Shown: positions 60,135 to 64,000 of the stretch, piece after piece
How positions within the stretch are numbered: position 1 is the first letter of the stretch
Layout of the letters: each line of letters starts with the position of its first letter
Assembly (NCBI GenBank): GCA_013349295.1
Contig: DUZW01000018.1
Span: 2,741-66,740 of the forward strand
Origin: Deltaproteobacteria bacterium
Lineage (GTDB): Bacteria > Desulfobacterota > Desulfobulbia > Desulfobulbales > Desulfurivibrionaceae
Length of the DNA stretch: 64,000 bases
Direction of reading: 5' to 3'
Position numbers and translations under genes: made by a program
Notes under the pieces: generated by a model
Database searches by the model: none
Told to the model about the DNA's origin: nothing
The model's input: the letters and a program-made list of their open reading frames with translations, nothing else

Positions 60135-60617
60135 TTAAGAAGCTCGGATTTCCTTGAGGTAGATCACCTTGTCGTCGCCGTCCCGGTAAAAGTCTGGGAG
60201 AACGCAGGCCACCAGATAGCCGTTTTTTTCATAAAAGGCGCGAGCCGGATCATAGCCCGGCGTGGAAGAGGTGTCGACATAAACCTTGGCCGGGCCTTGG
60301 CCGCCAAGCTCATCCTCCATCTGCTTAAGGAGCAACCTGCCCACCCCCTGTCTCCCCATGGCGGGGTCCACCGCCACCCAGTAGAGATCGAAGCGGCGGT
60401 CGGTCATGGGAATCTCCCCATAGCAGATGAAGCCGACCACCCCCTGCCCCTCGGCCACGGCCACGAGGATGAAATAATCGTTCTTCGCCGGGTCCAGGGT
60501 GTCGTCGATGACCTCGATGGCCACCTCAACCTCCTGGGCATTGAAGTTATCCTGCCGCCGCACCAAGTCGAGAAGCTGATCGCGGTCTGTGGCGGCAATG
60601 GTCCGGATGGTGATCAT
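60135..60617 (-). CDS. GNAT family N-acetyltransferase
   Basis: DLYWVAVDPAMGRQGVGRLLL, ARAFYEKNGY; start overlaps the upstream stop. Confidence 0.92.
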   Translation of the reverse strand: MITIRTIAATDRDQLLDLVRRQDNFNAQEVEVAIEVIDDTLDPAKNDYFILVAVAEGQGVVGFICYGEIPMTDRRFDLYWVAVDPAMGRQGVGRLLLKQMEDELGGQGPAKVYVDTSSTPGYDPARAFYEKNGYLVACVLPDFYRDGDDKVIYLKEIRAS

Positions 60618-61618
60618 AGGGCGACCCGCTGGGCGACCAACCGGATGAATTCATCGACCATCTCCGTATAGCCCATCGAGCTTTCAGCCACGGCGGCGGG
60701 AAAACCGGCGTCCGGGCTCAGGCAGGGGTTGGCGTTGATCTCAAGGATGGCAAGGCGACCCTGCGCATCAAGCCGCAGGTCGACCCTGGCGTAATCGCGC
60801 AGACCGAAGAGCTGGAAGCACTCCTGGGCCATGCAACGCATGGATTGTTGCAAGGTCTCGGGCAGATTGTCCGGAAAAATCCGTTGGGTGTGATGATACT
60901 CGAAAGAATCTTCGTCCCATTTGGCCTTGTAGCTGACAATACGGTGCAGATCGGAGGGAAAGCCGGAAAAATCAATCTCCGCCAGGGGCATGACCCGGGG
61001 TTGGGGATAGCCGAAGAGCGAGATATTGAACTCCCGACCGGCGATATACTCTTCCACCAGGATGGCGCCATACCGACCGTAAAGGTCTTCCAGTCGGTCC
61101 AGAAGGTCGGAGCTCTTTTCGACCACCGATTCCTGCTCGATGCCGATGGAGGCATCCTGGAAACGGGGCTTGAGGATCACCGGAAAGTCGAGGTTGGCAG
61201 GCCGCAGCATCTCACTGCCTTCGTAGATGAAAAAAGCGGGGGTACGGAGACCGGAAGCGGTGAGCAATCTTTTGACCGTGAGTTTGTCCGTGGAGAGGAG
61301 CAGCGCCATGGCCGAAGAGCCTGTGAAGGGAATGGAGAGCAGCTCAAGAACCGCGGCCGGATGACCGATGAGGAGCGGGTCTTCATCCACCGACTCGCAG
61401 AGGTTGAAGGCGATATCGATCCCGGCCGCCTCGACCTGACTGATAAAGCGACCCAACTCGCGGGTAAAGGGGATGCGCACATGGGGCTGGTCCAGCTCGC
61501 GGAGGGAGGCCTCGATACCCTCCACCTGGGCCAATACGTCCGCCGATGATTCCCAGTTCGGTTCGCCTTCAGGAATAGGCTCGTTATGGATGATGCCGAC
61601 TTTCAGGTGTTTGCTCAT
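60614..61618 (-). CDS. D-Ala-D-Ala-ligase-like ATP-grasp enzyme (divergent, copy 2)
   Basis: IPFTGSS...DK, ILKP..QDASIGI, VEEYIAGREF, SYKAKW, RDYARVDLR, LEINANP. Confidence 0.88.
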   Translation of the reverse strand: MSKHLKVGIIHNEPIPEGEPNWESSADVLAQVEGIEASLRELDQPHVRIPFTRELGRFISQVEAAGIDIAFNLCESVDEDPLLIGHPAAVLELLSIPFTGSSAMALLLSTDKLTVKRLLTASGLRTPAFFIYEGSEMLRPANLDFPVILKPRFQDASIGIEQESVVEKSSDLLDRLEDLYGRYGAILVEEYIAGREFNISLFGYPQPRVMPLAEIDFSGFPSDLHRIVSYKAKWDEDSFEYHHTQRIFPDNLPETLQQSMRCMAQECFQLFGLRDYARVDLRLDAQGRLAILEINANPCLSPDAGFPAAVAESSMGYTEMVDEFIRLVAQRVAL

Positions 61619-62598
61619 GCTTCAAGCCCGAGTCTGGCAATAGCGGCGTTAACGATCTCGCTGATCAGATCCTGGTAGGATATCCCGTATTTGGTGGCGA
61701 TGATGCAGAGGTCGGAATGTTCCGGATGCAGTCCGGCCAGGGGGTTGACCTCGATGAAGTTGGGGATGCCGTTGGCGTCGGATCGCAGGTCCACCCGGCC
61801 GCCGTCCCGACAATCCAAGGCGTGCCAGGCGGCCAGGGCGGTTGCTTCGGCCTGCTTCGCTTCCGCGTCGTCGACTTTGCGGTATTCCACCAGCTCTTCA
61901 CAGAACTCCTTGTTGTGATACGAATAGACCTCCGGCTCGGAGTTTGGCAAAAGGACCACCTCCATCACCCCGATGCTTCGGGCGGTCGGGCCGTTGCCCA
62001 CGATGCCTACGGTGAACTCCCTCCCCGGCAGATAGGCCTCCACCAACACCGGCTGATGATAGGCCTGCAGGAGTTCGGCGCAGATCACGTGCAATTCTTC
62101 ACCATTACTGATTTTGGAAGCCGGAGTCACGCCCTTGCCAGTGCCCTCGGCCACCGGTTTGGCAAAGACCGGATAGGGGAGGGCCACCCCGGCCACATCC
62201 GTCATGCTTTTCACCACGCTGAACGCGGGTGTAGGGATGCCGAGATCCCGGACCACATGTTTACTCATCCCCTTGTGCAGGGTCAACCCCAGGACCAGAG
62301 AATCGGAAAAGACATAAGGAATCCGATGGGCCTCCAGCAGGGCGGGCACCAGGGCTTCCCGGCCAAAACCGTACAACCCTTCACAGATATTAAACACCAG
62401 ATCCCAGCGCTCGCCGGCGAGCAGCCGGGGCATGAGGCTCATGAAATTGCCGATGGGCATCGTTTCGTGTCCCATGCCGCGCAGGGCGGTATCAATGGCC
62501 TTGATGGTTGATTCCCGGTCGAATTCAGCGGTTTCTTCTTCCCCGTAGCCCGCGGCCAGATAGTCGCTCCGCAGGTCGTATGTCATCCCGATCAGCAT
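61615..62598 (-). CDS. D-Ala-D-Ala-ligase-like ATP-grasp enzyme (divergent, copy 1)
   Basis: VFNICEG, IPYVFSD, FAKPVAEGTGKGV, VEAYLPGREFTVG, GRVDLR, IEVNPLAGL; AAGGA RBS before ATG 62598. Confidence 0.88.
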   Translation of the reverse strand: MLIGMTYDLRSDYLAAGYGEEETAEFDRESTIKAIDTALRGMGHETMPIGNFMSLMPRLLAGERWDLVFNICEGLYGFGREALVPALLEAHRIPYVFSDSLVLGLTLHKGMSKHVVRDLGIPTPAFSVVKSMTDVAGVALPYPVFAKPVAEGTGKGVTPASKISNGEELHVICAELLQAYHQPVLVEAYLPGREFTVGIVGNGPTARSIGVMEVVLLPNSEPEVYSYHNKEFCEELVEYRKVDDAEAKQAEATALAAWHALDCRDGGRVDLRSDANGIPNFIEVNPLAGLHPEHSDLCIIATKYGISYQDLISEIVNAAIARLGLEA

Positions 62599-62643
62599 TG
62601 GTTGGTTCCTTGTCTCAGGGTTTTTTTGCAAAAAAGGAAAAAG

Positions 62644-62681
62644 TCCCCTCTCCCCTGGCGGAGGAGGGTCAGGAGGGGGGA
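62644..62681. repeat. REP-like C-rich/G-rich hairpin inside the operon
   Basis: TCCCCTCTCCCC-TGGCGGAGGAGGGTCAGGAGGGGGGA between the KamA-like gene and the first ligase. Confidence 0.5.
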
Positions 62682-62703
62682 TTCAAGCTCTGCAACAATT
62701 TCA

Positions 62704-63924
62704 TCAGCTTGCCCGGTTTGCCGCGCCGATGACATCGGGGTAGCGGTAGACCTTACCTTCGTAATTTCGGATCAAAAGGTCGTTGCCGTCACGGCCGACC
62801 ACGGTTTCCGGAATGAGCGGAATCTTGCCGCCGCCGCCGGGGGCGTCGATCACATAATTGGGCACGGCATAGCCTGAGGTGTGGCCCCGCAGCCCTTGGT
62901 ACATCTCCAACCCTTTGGAAACCGGGGTGCGGAAATGGGCCGAGCCGATAATGGGATCGCACTGATAGAGGTAATAGGGCTTGACCCGGATCTTGACCAA
63001 TCCGTGCATGAGTTGCCGCATGGTCTCCACGGAATCGTTGATCCCGGAGAGGAGCACGGTCTGGCTGCCCAGGGGGATGCCACCGTCGGCAAGCATGGTG
63101 CAGGCCCTGGTCGCCTCCGGGGTCAGTTCGTCGGGGTGGGTGCAGTGGATGCTCAGCCAGAGTGGGTGATATTTTTTCAGCATCTCCACCAGTTCCGGAG
63201 TGATGCGCTGGGGCAGAACCATGGGGGCCTTGGTGCCGATGCGGATCATCTCCACATGCGGAATCCGGCGCAGACGGCCAAGCAGCCAGTCCAGCTGTTC
63301 GTCGGCCATGGTCAGCGGGTCGCCGCCGGAAAGCAGCACGTCGCGGATGGCGGGGTTGGCCGCGATGTAGGCGATGGCTTTTTGCCAGCGGGCCGGGCTG
63401 TGGCTCTTGCGGCGACCGACCATCCGGGAGCGGGTACAGTAACGGCAGTAGCTCGAACAGTAATCGGTGGTCAAAAAGAGGACCCGGTCGGGATAGCGGT
63501 GTATCAGGCCCGGAACCGGGCTGTGATTGTCCTCGCCCAAGGGGTCGTGTTCCTCGCCCTGGGAAACGAGCAACTCGTTCAAGGTGGGAACCATGGTGCG
63601 GCGGATCGGCTGCCCCGGATTGTCAGGAGAAATGAGGCCGGCGTAATAGGGGGTGATGGCCAGGGGCAGTGTGGCGCCGTTGAAGGCCATGGCCTGCCGT
63701 TCGCTGTCCGAGAGATCGATGATTTTGCCGAGTTTTTTAAGGCTGGTGATGCGATTGCGGAGCTGCCAGCGCCAGTCTTGCCAGTCATCATCAGTGGCGA
63801 GGGGAAAATGGCGTTGCCGGAAATCGAGGGAGGGGCGGTGGTCGGAAAATGGAAAGGGGGCGGGACTGGGGCAACACCCTGGAGGTTCCTCTTGCTCCTC
63901 AATGTGTACAACTTTTTGCTGCAT
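62704..63924 (-). CDS. kamA: KamA-family radical SAM/PLP aminomutase (lysine 2,3-aminomutase-like)
   Basis: WQDWRWQL, HRYPDR, CSSYCRYCTR, LLSGGDPL, YLYQCD, DAPGGGGK; AAGGAG RBS before ATG 63924. Confidence 0.9.
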   Translation of the reverse strand: MQQKVVHIEEQEEPPGCCPSPAPFPFSDHRPSLDFRQRHFPLATDDDWQDWRWQLRNRITSLKKLGKIIDLSDSERQAMAFNGATLPLAITPYYAGLISPDNPGQPIRRTMVPTLNELLVSQGEEHDPLGEDNHSPVPGLIHRYPDRVLFLTTDYCSSYCRYCTRSRMVGRRKSHSPARWQKAIAYIAANPAIRDVLLSGGDPLTMADEQLDWLLGRLRRIPHVEMIRIGTKAPMVLPQRITPELVEMLKKYHPLWLSIHCTHPDELTPEATRACTMLADGGIPLGSQTVLLSGINDSVETMRQLMHGLVKIRVKPYYLYQCDPIIGSAHFRTPVSKGLEMYQGLRGHTSGYAVPNYVIDAPGGGGKIPLIPETVVGRDGNDLLIRNYEGKVYRYPDVIGAANRAS

Positions 63925-64000
63925 CGCTCTTCTCCTTGCTGGATATTCGCTGAAAACCAAAAAAAGATCAAATAATTTCAGACCGATACCGCTGACATCC

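Noticed and set aside
58332-63924. Reading the KamA operon as EF-P beta-lysylation (epmB), lysine fermentation, plain ablAB, or a vancomycin-resistance ligase cluster
   Set aside because: No efp/epmA, kamDE/kdd/kce or vanH/vanX in the window. The GNAT is a short 160-aa type rather than AblB-sized, and the ligases lack D-Ala-site motifs. A role in acetyl-beta-lysine synthesis is not excluded but would not explain the ligases.

Overview
A 64-kb, mostly housekeeping bacterial chromosome segment. Gene content and order (split atpF'FHAGDC operon, holB-PSP1-metG, yggT-divIVA-yggU, cinA-recA-alaS, Geobacter-type pilin N-terminus) suggest a Desulfobacterota (probably Desulfobulbales-like) organism; this is inference, not a database result. 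1-12.4 kb is a type IV pilus locus: a 5'-truncated pilY1, fimU/pilV/pilW/pilX, a PilS/PilR-like sigma54 two-component pair, a divergently transcribed major pilin with a -24/-12 promoter and paired enhancer palindromes, and an ABC transporter with an accessory gene. It ends in a decayed RelBE-type toxin-antitoxin remnant. The middle holds yhaM, purL, holB, PSP1/ricT, metG, a degenerate GGDEF protein with a MinD/FleN ATPase and yggT-divIVA-yggU, mutS, an amidase, an orphan GltD-like flavoprotein, cheX, ATP synthase, alaS, recA, cinA, mtaB, a diguanylate cyclase, gap, glgA, aroC, aroK and a peroxiredoxin with a Fur-type box. The best candidate for an undescribed system is the minus-strand operon at 58.3-63.9 kb: a lysine 2,3-aminomutase-like radical SAM enzyme, two divergent D-Ala-D-Ala-ligase-like ATP-grasp enzymes, a GNAT, and a GNAT-deacetylase fusion. 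It looks like a pathway that makes and reversibly acetylates a beta-amino-acid-containing small peptide or amide. I saw no rRNA, tRNA, CRISPR array or intact transposase.
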